Shown here one piece after another: positions 51,390 to 60,212 of a stretch of DNA of 64,000 nt. The notes below the pieces were generated by a model. That model saw only the letters and a program-made list of their open reading frames with translations, made no database searches and was not told where the DNA came from. Where the stretch lies: assembly GCA_030698695.1 (NCBI GenBank), contig JAUYMR010000042.1:3174-67173 (forward strand). The letters are read 5' to 3'. The DNA is from a bacterium. GTDB lineage: Bacteria; Patescibacteriota; Minisyncoccia; UBA6257; WO2-44-18. Both the position numbers and the translations under genes were made by a program. How positions within the stretch are numbered: the first letter of the stretch is position 1; each line of letters begins with the position of its first letter.

Positions 51390-51998
51390 TTGATGAAATT
51401 AAGAACTTGGCATTGGGCATCCGGCATCTCTATTATCCTCATAGCTATTGCTATAGCCAGCTATTGGATTATGTCAGGCCCTAACGTGCCTCAAGAATTT
51501 TCTGAGGCCAGAATAAAAGGCGCTGAAATCGCCGAAGAAATTCTTGCTCAACAAGCTAATACGCTACAGACCTTGGAAAAGATTGCTCAATTTGATAAGG
51601 CGCGCAATACAGCCCAAGCGCTTATTTTAATATCTGAAGAAGTCATCCGCAACCGCGAAGCCAACTCCAAAGCAATAAAATTATCATCTCAATTACAAAG
51701 AATGGCCTCTGCCCTGACATCTATCAAACCAAATATAGCTCAAACATTGGCTACTCAAGCTGTCACTTCCGAAGTTTCTTTAGTTAGTAGATTATTAAGC
51801 TACAACGACTATCTCTCTCAGCTTTTTGAAGTATTAAAAGACAAGTTTGAGGGCAAGGCTACATATACAACCACCAAAATACAAGACTTGATAAACAATA
51901 TAAACGATGAGGTTAAGGCCATTAACGATCTCAATAAAGATTTTACTTACGCTCTCAATAGTTTTGACGCCCTATTTATAGATGGCGTCGCGCGTTAA
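51390..51998 (+). CDS. hypothetical membrane-anchored helical protein
   Basis: One N-terminal TM helix, then predicted helical repeats. No recognisable motif. Confidence 0.4.
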   Translation: MMKLRTWHWASGISIILIAIAIASYWIMSGPNVPQEFSEARIKGAEIAEEILAQQANTLQTLEKIAQFDKARNTAQALILISEEVIRNREANSKAIKLSSQLQRMASALTSIKPNIAQTLATQAVTSEVSLVSRLLSYNDYLSQLFEVLKDKFEGKATYTTTKIQDLINNINDEVKAINDLNKDFTYALNSFDALFIDGVAR

Positions 51999-52000
51999 GA

Positions 52001-52963
52001 TTAATGCGCCATTCTTTTCTTAAACTCTTCCACCATCGGAACCGCTTCTGGTTCAACGTGATAGTTTTCGGCAAGATAGTAAGACGTCCAATCGGCTAGA
52101 GAAAGTGATGAAAATATTTTTTGCCAGATATTGACACCCCTGACATCAACTGATGTCACCGACAATCCCCTGTCTTGATACAATTTTTGCGTAATATGTT
52201 GTCTCTTTTTGATGTCGGCCGAATCCGTGTTGTCTTTAAGAAAAATGAAGGCAAATTGCTTGGCTAGGTTTTTAGTAACTCCTCGCGCGTCAAAACCAGT
52301 CATTTCATTGTGATTCAATTCCGGCCAAACGTTATAAAATGCCGGCGCCTTGCTGGTTTCATTGAATCTAACTTTCCAGTTAAGAGCTAGCGCCCTATTT
52401 TTATCTGAAGCATACACGACCGGTACGCGATTTTTTAATTTTCCAGCCAGATCTTTCCCTTCTCGTTCATAAACTTCCGGTCGTAAAGTTTTTGCTAATC
52501 TGGCCGTTTCTTTTATGGCTTTTTCCTCTTTCATTATTTTTAATAATGCCAACAAACTATAACCAACTGCTGATCTGGGCTGAATACCCGTTTCGGACAT
52601 CGCTACATAGGGTACAGAGTGTTTTTTGGCTAAAGATAACAATCTGCCACCGGAGGTTATAACCGCCATCGGCAATTTCTCTTTACGCGCCACTTGAAAA
52701 GAGCTAATAACCTCTTCGGTATTGCCAGAATAAGAACTTAAAATCACTAAACGACCGCCTCGTTTTAGTTGGGGCAAACCATAGTTCCGATGAATAATTA
52801 TGTTAATATCCGGCTTCCAAATCTTTAACAAATCCGCAACCAAGTTAGAACCCCCCATACCTACCACAATAAATCTCTCAAACTTTTTTAGCTTGGATCC
52901 ATTTTTAAGTTCTGGCTTGTAAGCAAATTGCTTATTAAAATTATTTATGACATCTCTTAACAT
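52001..52963 (-). CDS. pgi: bifunctional phosphoglucose/phosphomannose isomerase (SIS-domain, archaeal-type PGI/PMI)
   Basis: 'RFIVVGMGGSNLVADLL' SIS motif and a second SIS half, in about 320 aa. Confidence 0.75.
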   Translation of the reverse strand: MLRDVINNFNKQFAYKPELKNGSKLKKFERFIVVGMGGSNLVADLLKIWKPDINIIIHRNYGLPQLKRGGRLVILSSYSGNTEEVISSFQVARKEKLPMAVITSGGRLLSLAKKHSVPYVAMSETGIQPRSAVGYSLLALLKIMKEEKAIKETARLAKTLRPEVYEREGKDLAGKLKNRVPVVYASDKNRALALNWKVRFNETSKAPAFYNVWPELNHNEMTGFDARGVTKNLAKQFAFIFLKDNTDSADIKKRQHITQKLYQDRGLSVTSVDVRGVNIWQKIFSSLSLADWTSYYLAENYHVEPEAVPMVEEFKKRMAH

Positions 52964-53103
52964 ATTTTATGGTCGCGTATTCTGAATTTAGCGCGAACCC
53001 ATTTTGAGCGAAATTGCTGACGCAATTTCGCCAACCTTTCCGAAATCCGCTCGGGTGTGGCGGAAGGAGGGGGTTGGGGGGAGGAGTTCTGCCGCGCCCT
53101 CGC

Positions 53104-53123
53104 TTCGGAAAAATTCGCGCCGA
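53104..53123. repeat. left copy of 20-bp perfect inverted repeat
   Basis: ttcggaaaaattcgcgccga is the exact reverse complement of 54261-54280. Confidence 0.9.
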
Positions 53124-53199
53124 CAATTGCGAAAACAAATACAATTAAAGGATAGCTGAAAAAATTTGTTTTCGCAAAGTTTGTTCTTTGAAATTTTGA

Positions 53200-53236
53200 G
53201 AAAAGAAAAGGGCCTTGGATGTTTCCATCCAAGGCC
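53200..53236 (-). terminator. rho-independent terminator of the SDR gene
   Basis: An 11-bp stem ggccttggatg/catccaaggcc with loop tttc is followed by a U-rich run on the minus strand. Confidence 0.75.
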
Positions 53237-53252
53237 CGGCGAAAACGGTGAA

Positions 53253-53948
53253 TCACCCAATCTGCTTGTCCACAACCTCCTCTCTTTGCAGTGCACGGAC
53301 GACTTCCTCGGCAACTGTGTTGATGGGGATCAGCTTCGGCGGCTTGGGTCCCCCGTGATGAAACGACGTATCCACTGCCGCAGGTGCTACGCGATGCACC
53401 CTGATCTTCCGTTCGGCGATCATGGGGTCGTGCCGCATGCCGTCCACCAACCAATCCTCGGCACTGATCACACCCGCGTGATAGTGCGCCTGTAGGAACG
53501 GTGGGAACTGACCCTTGAGACGAGTAATCGCTGACGAGATGAAGACGAAACAGCCGCCGTTCTCAAGATTCGCCGCCATGCACTGGAAGACGTTGAGTAC
53601 ACCGATCTGGTGCATGTCGATCTCGTTTCTGTACTTGTCGAGCGAAAGTTGCGAGAGCGGATGCTTGATCGCATCCGAGAGCCCGTTCGGCGGACAGTGT
53701 CCCACCGCGTAGACTACGCCATCAAGCTTGTAGAGTTCAGAGAGATGACTGGCATACGCCTCTATCGTCTTCCGATCAGCGACATTCTCGATAACATCCA
53801 CGAGCGCACCGCTTCGCAACAACCCCTCCCTGACTTCTTGATGATGTTCTCGCACTGAAGCGATGACGCGGTGGCCAGCGACGAGCAACTGACGCACCAC
53901 CTCTTGGCCGATTGAGCCAGCCGCACCGAAAACCAGATAGGTCTTCAC
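53253..53948 (-). CDS. SDR-family NAD(P)-dependent oxidoreductase (high-GC, probably horizontally acquired)
   Basis: 'VKTYLVFGAAGSIGQEVVRQL' Rossmann motif and the 'ISSAITRLK' region. A GTG start at 53948 is preceded by AAGGAGA with a 5-nt spacer. The longer ORF to 54035 is unlikely. Confidence 0.75.
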   Translation of the reverse strand: MKTYLVFGAAGSIGQEVVRQLLVAGHRVIASVREHHQEVREGLLRSGALVDVIENVADRKTIEAYASHLSELYKLDGVVYAVGHCPPNGLSDAIKHPLSQLSLDKYRNEIDMHQIGVLNVFQCMAANLENGGCFVFISSAITRLKGQFPPFLQAHYHAGVISAEDWLVDGMRHDPMIAERKIRVHRVAPAAVDTSFHHGGPKPPKLIPINTVAEEVVRALQREEVVDKQIG

Positions 53949-54260
53949 AGCTTTCTCCTTTCGTTCCGTTTGTGATGATGCGTATTCCTTGCCCCGCACC
54001 AATCGGGCAATGTCCACTCGAAATGAGCAGCGCAATAGACATCTTATTCAAAAAGACAACCATTGCGCTACTCACTACACCGCATTTTTTATCAAAGAGC
54101 TTGCAAAAGATACAATAGAGTGTACCTCAACTGTTGTTAATAGCATAGCAGATTACTATCAAGATGTCAAGGTCGAAATGGCGGTTAAACAAAAAACAGA
54201 ACCCTTGAGAAATTCTACTCAAAAATCCTATGAAATTATCTTATCAATTACTGAAAGTTA

Positions 54261-54280
54261 TCGGCGCGAATTTTTCCGAA
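54261..54280. repeat. right copy of 20-bp perfect inverted repeat
   Basis: tcggcgcgaatttttccgaa. Confidence 0.9.
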
Positions 54281-54293
54281 CCGTGGGGATTTG

Positions 54294-54318
54294 CCGCGTC
54301 CCGCCTTGCGGGACGCGG
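54294..54318. repeat. 11-bp perfect GC-rich stem-loop adjacent to IR-R
   Basis: ccgcgtcccgc-ctt-gcgggacgcgg. Confidence 0.7.
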
Positions 54319-54376
54319 AGATGCCGAGCGGCGAAGCCGCGAGGCAACCTCTCCCGAAAATTTGACTTGTCTTGAA

Positions 54377-54450
54377 TGGTCGGAGAGCCGGGAATCGAAC
54401 CCGAACCTCGTGCTCCCAAAGCACGTATACTACCACTATACTACTCTCCG
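54377..54450 (-). tRNA. tRNA-Pro (TGG), CCA encoded
   Basis: rc = CGGAGAGTAGTATAGTGGTAGTATACGTGCTTTGGGAGCACGAGGTTCGGGTTCGATTCCCGGCTCTCCGACCA, with G37. Confidence 0.88.
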
Positions 54451-54561
54451 ATACTACTTATTATATCATTCTGGCGCAGCGTTCTTAAATCAGTCGTCGA
54501 GCCCTTCCTCCGTCAGGATAAACTCCGCGAGGCGAACCAAAACCGCTTGATTTTTCCTTTC

Positions 54562-54636
54562 TGGTGCCCCCGCGAGGAATCGAACCTCGATCCTCTCCTT
54601 AGAAGGGAGATGTTCTATCCGTTGAACTACGGGGAC
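54562..54636 (-). tRNA. tRNA-Arg (TCT), CCA encoded
   Basis: rc = GTCCCCGTAGTTCAACGGATAGAACATCTCCCTTCTAAGGAGAGGATCGAGGTTCGATTCCTCGCGGGGGCACCA. Confidence 0.88.
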
Positions 54637-54692
54637 ATATAAAGAAATGATTGGTAATGTGCCTATGATACCACTATAACTTAAAATAAAAC

Positions 54693-54716
54693 ACCCCTCC
54701 AATCAAGTGAGGGGCG
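54693..54716 (-). terminator. hairpin downstream of the zinc-ribbon gene
   Basis: Stem cccctc..gagggg with U-rich sequence after it on the minus strand. Confidence 0.4.
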
Positions 54717-54729
54717 CTTTATTTAAGAT

Positions 54730-54900
54730 TTATTTAGCAGAAGGCAAAATCTTATACATTGTAGTGCCGCAAACCTCGCATTTGCCGGTATAAGCTCTGC
54801 CGGTCTTGCCGCCTTTCTTTTGCATTACCACCTCTTTGCCATCAACAATCTTACGATCCTTTTCTTTGCATTTAACGCAATATCCTTTTACGTCTTCCAT
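54730..54900 (-). CDS. small zinc-ribbon protein (DUF5679-like, C-x2-C...C-x2-C)
   Basis: MEDVKGYCVKCKEKDRKIVDGKEVVMQKKGGKTGRAYTGKCEVCGTTMYKILPSAK. The ATG at 54900 is preferred over the upstream in-frame ATG. Confidence 0.55.
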   Translation of the reverse strand: MEDVKGYCVKCKEKDRKIVDGKEVVMQKKGGKTGRAYTGKCEVCGTTMYKILPSAK

Positions 54901-55081
54901 AATTTTAAAAGTTAATATAATTTGGTTGACCTTTATATAAGGAATCCTAGCATATTTAAACCTATTTATCCACAAGGCGGTATATCAAGGTAACATTTGC
55001 CCACTTTGGCGCATTATATTCGTGACGCGCGCCTCGGGCTTTGATTATAGTGTTAATAGTGGTATTTTACTGATAAATCTT

Positions 55082-55645
55082 ATGTCTCTAAGTCAAAAAG
55101 AAGAAAAATCGCTTATACTCAAAATTAAAAATGGAGATCAAGGAGCCTTGTCGCTACTTTGGGACAATTTAACGCCTAAACTTTTTGGTTATCTCATAAA
55201 CACCACTCGCAACAAAACTTTAGCTGAGGATTTATTGCAAAATACTTGGCTCAAAGCTATTAACGCCCTGCCAGGTTTTGAACCGAGAAATATCAGTATC
55301 GCCGCCTGGCTGTTTGCTATCGCCAAAAATGAATGTCGCATGCATTGGAGAAAATCAGGAAGAGAAACCTTGTTTGATCCCGCGAAAGACGAAGAAACGC
55401 CAATAAAACACGATGAAGTTAATAATGTCGGTAATCTGGAAAATAAAATATTAATAGAACAAATTCTTGGGCTCCTCTCTGAAGACGATCGCGAAATACT
55501 CCGCCTACGCTATATTGCCGATCTGCCATTAAACAAAATAGCCAATGTACTAAAAATTAACTTTGTGGCGGTACGCGTTCGTATGCACAGAGCCCTAGGT
55601 CGAGCTCGCGGAATAATAGATAAAAATCATTATGAACAAATATAA
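55082..55645 (+). CDS. ECF-type RNA polymerase sigma factor (sigma-70 family)
   Basis: Region 2 (..LLQNTWLKAI..) and region 4 (..EILRLRYIADLPLNKIANVL..), overlapping the downstream gene by 14 nt. Confidence 0.85.
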   Translation: MSLSQKEEKSLILKIKNGDQGALSLLWDNLTPKLFGYLINTTRNKTLAEDLLQNTWLKAINALPGFEPRNISIAAWLFAIAKNECRMHWRKSGRETLFDPAKDEETPIKHDEVNNVGNLENKILIEQILGLLSEDDREILRLRYIADLPLNKIANVLKINFVAVRVRMHRALGRARGIIDKNHYEQI

Positions 55646-56864
55646 TTTACACAAAATCCTAACTTCTTGGGGTAAATCTCAACGGCAACTCCCAGACAAT
55701 AACGAATCGCTGAAAAAAAGCTTACTGGCCAACTTGCCAAATTCGCCTACCATTAAAGACACTGGACTTATCCATCGCGCTCCCTGGTTATCTATGTCCC
55801 TAATAGGTTTGGCGGTGCTTGTCCTAATCATTACGCCATCAAGTATTAATAGAATGAACCCGCCCATATCTGGCGCGCCTTACATGGATAATTACGGAGA
55901 TGACAGCCGCGACTCAGCATCGCCAATAACTTCAACTGCCATAAACAGCCCCGAAACCAAAACATCTTCCGCCGGAAAATTTATGGAGAATTCTATGTCC
56001 CCCAACGTCCAAAACGCTAAGCCATCTTATGTCCTTCCCGACATTTATCCCGAACCCCCTTACTACAATGACCCAGCTCCGATTAATGATACTCGTGAAT
56101 TTTTAAAAACTAGTTATAACGCTACCATTCGTACTAGAAAAGTTAACGAGATATCTCAACATATCCAGATTGCCGTACGTGGAGTTGGTGGGCGCATAGA
56201 TGGCTTCACTAGCTCAAATAAAAATGGCTATATAAATTTTGCCATACCGGCTGATAAATTAGATTTCTTTGTAGCAGATATAAAAAACCTGGTTCCCAAA
56301 AAGTTTTTTGTAGAGACGACTATGGTAGAAAACCTTTTGCCACAGAAACAATCTATTGAACGCCAACAGGAACAAATCTATAAAATGCTGGCGACTCTGA
56401 ACTCTAATCGCGATCAATTAATAATCACTCACAAAAATTACGCGGCCTCAATACAAAGACAACTTGATGATATCGCGATAGAAACCGATGCTCTAAAATC
56501 CGTAATCACCGATGATTTAATCCGCCAGACAGAGATTGCGGCTCGTCTGCAAGAATTATCAATCTTGAAAAGCTCACTTAAATCACAGCTAACTAATGAA
56601 AATTATAGTTACAACAAAAAGCTGGCTTCTTTAGATTCACAAATCAAAAATTATCAAGACAGCTTAGAATACAACTATAAACAGGATCAAAAACTAATAG
56701 ACAACGTGGCTACTGTTCGCGGCACGATCTATATCAATTGGATTGGCTACTGGGAAATAATAGGACTTTATACTCCTTCTTATTGGCCGTCCATAGTTTT
56801 AGTTGCCGCCGCCATCATTGCCTACATCAACTATCGCCGCAAATCCAGAAATATAATTCCTTAA
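55632..56864 (+). CDS. putative anti-sigma factor: cytoplasmic N-terminus, one TM helix, DUF4349-like extracytoplasmic domain, C-terminal TM
   Basis: It is translationally coupled to the sigma gene. A TM helix lies at about aa 55-75. A DUF4349-like pattern (..TSYNATIRTRKVNEISQHIQIAVRGVGGRIDGFTS..) is followed by a coiled coil and a terminal TM. Confidence 0.55.
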   Translation: MNKYNLHKILTSWGKSQRQLPDNNESLKKSLLANLPNSPTIKDTGLIHRAPWLSMSLIGLAVLVLIITPSSINRMNPPISGAPYMDNYGDDSRDSASPITSTAINSPETKTSSAGKFMENSMSPNVQNAKPSYVLPDIYPEPPYYNDPAPINDTREFLKTSYNATIRTRKVNEISQHIQIAVRGVGGRIDGFTSSNKNGYINFAIPADKLDFFVADIKNLVPKKFFVETTMVENLLPQKQSIERQQEQIYKMLATLNSNRDQLIITHKNYAASIQRQLDDIAIETDALKSVITDDLIRQTEIAARLQELSILKSSLKSQLTNENYSYNKKLASLDSQIKNYQDSLEYNYKQDQKLIDNVATVRGTIYINWIGYWEIIGLYTPSYWPSIVLVAAAIIAYINYRRKSRNIIP

Positions 56865-56883
56865 ATAATTGATAGGGCCTCAT

Positions 56884-56917
56884 AAAAACATCCCCATCGG
56901 CTAACGGGGATGTTTTT
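56884..56917. terminator. bidirectional rho-independent terminator
   Basis: aaaaa-catcccc-atcggctaac-ggggatg-ttttt. Confidence 0.8.
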
Positions 56918-56954
56918 ATGATACGCGCGTGACGCGCTTAAAAACTACCAATTA

Positions 56955-57266
56955 TTAAACCGCTATCGCCAACGCAACAACCACTAGAAAGATGATTAAC
57001 CAAGCTAACGTCAGTCCTAATAAAATCAATGCTTCTTTTTTTAGGCCATTGGAATAAAGACTAATCGGCTTTCCTAAAACCAAAAATCCGGTAACGACAG
57101 CTGATACGATAAACAACAACAACACAAACACCGGCGCCAGAAAACTATCTTTCGGTTCACCAAAAATATTCTGACTATTAAAACCCAACCAAGCCACGCC
57201 AGATACGTAAATAAAAACTCCGGCGCCGCTAACCAGACTTCGTAAAATATAGGTTGTTTTGGTCAT
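56955..57266 (-). CDS. small membrane protein (3 TM), hypothetical
   Basis: 103 aa, hydrophobic. Confidence 0.4.
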   Translation of the reverse strand: MTKTTYILRSLVSGAGVFIYVSGVAWLGFNSQNIFGEPKDSFLAPVFVLLLFIVSAVVTGFLVLGKPISLYSNGLKKEALILLGLTLAWLIIFLVVVALAIAV

Positions 57267-57455
57267 AATTATTCGTACTCCTTATCTATTTGTAGAACTA
57301 CAAATTTTATCCCTTTTGTTTCCAAAAATTGAAACGGCATCTTATGGGTTGAATCGGACTTTTTCAAAATGCCTTGGCGGGACTTGGCGGAAATACCAGT
57401 CCAAGCCCGCGCCTTTGGCGCGGGCGAGGTCAATCTTTCTTCAAATTCGGAATTG

Positions 57456-57526
57456 TGGACCTAACCGGAATCGGACCGGTGTCTCGCCCATGCGAAGGGC
57501 GCGTCTTACCACTGGACCATAGGCCC
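57456..57526 (-). tRNA. tRNA-Ala (CGC), G3:U70 identity pair, no encoded CCA
   Basis: rc = GGGCCTATGGTCCAGTGGTAAGACGCGCCCTTCGCATGGGCGAGACACCGGTCCGATTCCGGTTAGGTCCA. Confidence 0.8.
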
Positions 57527-58566
57527 TATAAATGTTCCGTTGCTTTAAGATAAAACATGAACTCCAATATTATAAGCACAAACCATCCAAGCTGTAAAAC
57601 AAAAAACACAGCTATCTGAATAAATTCCAGTCGCTCATTGCGAGATAAGCTGAATTTTTCGGACACAATATTATAGATATCTTCCAAAGATTCAAATTTG
57701 TTCCTAATAACCGATCGCCATTCTTCCAATTTGAATTTTTTAGCTATTAAATCGTAAAGCCTCGCTAAATACCAATCGCCTATCAATTTTATATCCCGCT
57801 CAAAAGACTCAAACTCAGTAATAGATTGCGTGCGAATTTTAATAATTTCTTGAAAGCTGTTGGCTAGCTCCTTTTGTCCAAAAAAGAATAATTTTTTCTC
57901 TGTTTTACTACTAGAAAGCCGAGCCACCTTCTTGAGGCGATTATCTAATTCAGAATCCAAAATTCGGTAACGCAATAGTTGCAAATTGGCTGTTTGAAAA
58001 AGATCAATAGCACTTTCCACGTCACCAACGGGATCAAAAATAAAAGACCCGTCCCAATCAACTATTATTAAATCGTCTTTGGCGTATTTTAATTGCTTGG
58101 AAAGAGTATATTCAATCTCGTTCTCGGCCAAAGTCATTTTCTCGGATTTCAAAAAGCTAGCTATGGCGGCTTTTTTGTCAGCGCTTAAAAATCGCTCCGG
58201 ATCGCCCTGATAATCATAGACGATGGCTAACGCGTATTCTTCGCTCATCTCCGGCCTACTGCCACGATCTTTTAATATTTTATGACAAGCGTCAATCAGC
58301 TCCTCACGCAACTTGAAAGTTTCTTGAGAAAAAACGTCATCAGTTTCCACGACTGTTTCGGCCAATAAAATATCCGGCGCGTACGATCTCACCAAAAATT
58401 TAACATCATTACCGCCTATTTTAAGACTAGTCTCAGAAACTGCAAATTGTTTAGGCAATTCGTAATATTGAGGAGCGCTTTGAGCGGCTTTAGCTTCAAC
58501 AATTTTATCCCCCTTTTTGGGCCGATTAACTCCGGCTATGACAAAAGCCGCTATTTTGTATTTCAT
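57526..58566 (-). CDS. hypothetical protein with C-terminal TM helix
   Basis: 346 aa with no recognisable motif. Its stop codon abuts the tRNA-Ala 5' end. Confidence 0.4.
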   Translation of the reverse strand: MKYKIAAFVIAGVNRPKKGDKIVEAKAAQSAPQYYELPKQFAVSETSLKIGGNDVKFLVRSYAPDILLAETVVETDDVFSQETFKLREELIDACHKILKDRGSRPEMSEEYALAIVYDYQGDPERFLSADKKAAIASFLKSEKMTLAENEIEYTLSKQLKYAKDDLIIVDWDGSFIFDPVGDVESAIDLFQTANLQLLRYRILDSELDNRLKKVARLSSSKTEKKLFFFGQKELANSFQEIIKIRTQSITEFESFERDIKLIGDWYLARLYDLIAKKFKLEEWRSVIRNKFESLEDIYNIVSEKFSLSRNERLEFIQIAVFFVLQLGWFVLIILEFMFYLKATEHL

Positions 58567-58619
58567 ATCTAAATCCTACCATTTCGCTAAATGTTTGGCA
58601 TCCGGCTCTCACGCAACCG

Positions 58620-59465
58620 TTAACGTCTCAAAACAAGCTTTATAAGTATGCTGATTATAAAAAATATCGTGGCGACGCTGATTATTACTGGTCCCAAAGT
58701 AAGCTGTGTCGCTGAAGCGACTAAAAAACCCACCACTACCGACAACACAGCCATAAATGAAGATAACCATAAATCCGCGTTCAAACCAGTGGCCAAATTT
58801 TTGGCCACCGCGGCCGGAACAATAACCAATGCGCCCATCAACAACACACCGAGAAATTTTAATCCCAAAAGAACGTTTATAGAAAAAAGTAATAAGAAAA
58901 TAAAATTAATTCTGCTAGTTTTTAGCCCTATGGTCCTCGCCAAATCCTGTGACACCATTGATAAAACTATTTTTTCTCTAATCATAAGCAGGGTAAAACC
59001 AATGACTAAAGTCACAATCAAGCCGACTAACCCCTCCATAACTGACGGGGTAGCAATATCGCCAAACAACACCTCTTCCAACTCATGACTGGGCGTTATC
59101 AAACTACCGATAGCTAGCGATGCCGAAAAAACCACCCCGATAACGGTCTCGGTAGAAATTTTTGTTTGACTCTCAATCGCCCAAATGATAATTGCCCCCA
59201 GAACCAAAGCAACTAAACCGCCCCACAATGGATTAATGTTCAAAAGTATGGCCAAACCCAATCCCGGCAAGGCAATATGAGATATGGCGTCTGAAGCCAA
59301 AGCCATGCGCTTCATCAACGCGAAAGACCCCACCAAACCGGAGACGGCGGCGACAGATATCATCAAAACTATATTCAATATGTCGGCTAAATTAGTTGGC
59401 ATGTTTTTAATGGTTATCTCTATCGGGACGCGGGTGATGATGATGATATAAAACACGCTCTCCAT
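58620..59465 (-). CDS. znuB: metal (Zn/Mn) ABC transporter permease (ABC-3 family)
   Basis: 8 TM helices with the ABC-3 signature region. It overlaps the ATPase gene. Confidence 0.8.
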   Translation of the reverse strand: MESVFYIIIITRVPIEITIKNMPTNLADILNIVLMISVAAVSGLVGSFALMKRMALASDAISHIALPGLGLAILLNINPLWGGLVALVLGAIIIWAIESQTKISTETVIGVVFSASLAIGSLITPSHELEEVLFGDIATPSVMEGLVGLIVTLVIGFTLLMIREKIVLSMVSQDLARTIGLKTSRINFIFLLLFSINVLLGLKFLGVLLMGALVIVPAAVAKNLATGLNADLWLSSFMAVLSVVVGFLVASATQLTLGPVIISVATIFFIISILIKLVLRR

Positions 59466-60126
59466 ATAATTTAGTTAGCACATCTGTATTCAATGTTTTC
59501 TGCGGCTCACCGAAGCAAAGCATAGATTTATTGATACACAGAACTTGGGTGGCATAACGATAGACCAGATTGAGATCGTGCGATATAAACATCAAAGTCA
59601 ACTCTTTGTGATCTTGCAATTCGTGCAAAGTTTCATAAATTAATTCTTCTCGGGGCGAATCTACGCCGGAGGTCGGCTCATCAAAAAGCAGAACATTAGT
59701 ATCGCCTATCAAAGCCAGGGCTATAAGACCTCTTTGAATTATGCCTGCCGCTAAATTAACCAATCTCTTATCAAGATCTTTTTTATCTACGTGCGCCAGA
59801 GATATAACTTCATCAATCACATCCGGTGACAATTTCAAAATACCTATCTTGAGCATTAATAAATCTCTCAAAGTTAAAGTTAGTTGTGGATCTAAATCTA
59901 ATCGTTGTGGCACATAGCCGAATCTAACGCCATCAGACCACTCAATATCACCACTAAAAGGAGTGGCTCCTATCAAAGCTTTAAATAATACCGTTTTACC
60001 GGCTCCATTGGGACCGATAACAGCCAAAGCCTGATTCCGGCTCAGTTCAAAATTTACATTTTCCAAGACCAAATGATCGCCAAAACGAACATTTAGGTTT
60101 TTGACTTTTAAGATTGGTTCTGCCAT
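59407..60126 (-). CDS. znuC: metal ABC transporter ATP-binding protein with His-rich C-terminal tail
   Basis: Walker A 'GPNGAGKT', signature 'LSGGQ'-like region, Walker B, and the tail 'YHHHHPRPDRDNH'. Confidence 0.88.
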   Translation of the reverse strand: MAEPILKVKNLNVRFGDHLVLENVNFELSRNQALAVIGPNGAGKTVLFKALIGATPFSGDIEWSDGVRFGYVPQRLDLDPQLTLTLRDLLMLKIGILKLSPDVIDEVISLAHVDKKDLDKRLVNLAAGIIQRGLIALALIGDTNVLLFDEPTSGVDSPREELIYETLHELQDHKELTLMFISHDLNLVYRYATQVLCINKSMLCFGEPQKTLNTDVLTKLYGERVLYHHHHPRPDRDNH

Positions 60127-60183
60127 AAATAAAGTCTACAAGGTTACCGATTTTTGTTATATTAATAATAACACTAGCTTTCG

Positions 60184-60208
60184 GGAACATAAAGCCCACT
60201 TATTCGTT
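60184..60208 (+). promoter_or_regulatory. ECF-type promoter GGAAC-N16-CGTT abutting the sigma-factor start codon
   Basis: gGGAACataaagcccacttattCGTTatatATG, with the -10 only 4 nt from the ATG at 60213. Confidence 0.5.
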
Positions 60209-60212
60209 ATAT

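Larger units (their letters stand above)
53104..54280. mobile_element. putative IR-bounded insertion carrying a high-GC SDR gene (no transposase present)
   Basis: 20-bp perfect IRs lie 1.16 kb apart. GC is sharply elevated at 52965-53950 and 54281-54360 relative to the AT-rich host. A strong AAGGAG RBS and a GTG start are atypical for the neighbouring genes. Confidence 0.35.

Noticed and set aside
52957-54075. Cluster of overlapping ORFs in the GC-rich island (52957-53454, 52988-53314, 53166-53495, 53468-53674, 53515-53712, 53610-53858, 53776-54075, 53912-54118)
   Set aside because: High GC suppresses stop codons in all frames. Only the SDR frame has recognisable motifs, an RBS and a terminator.
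53989-54375. 128-aa plus-strand ORF between the SDR start and tRNA-Pro
   Set aside because: It runs through the right inverted repeat and the GC hairpin and ends in an Arg/Cys-rich low-complexity tail with no motifs. It is more likely non-coding remnant sequence. A decayed regulator gene cannot be excluded.
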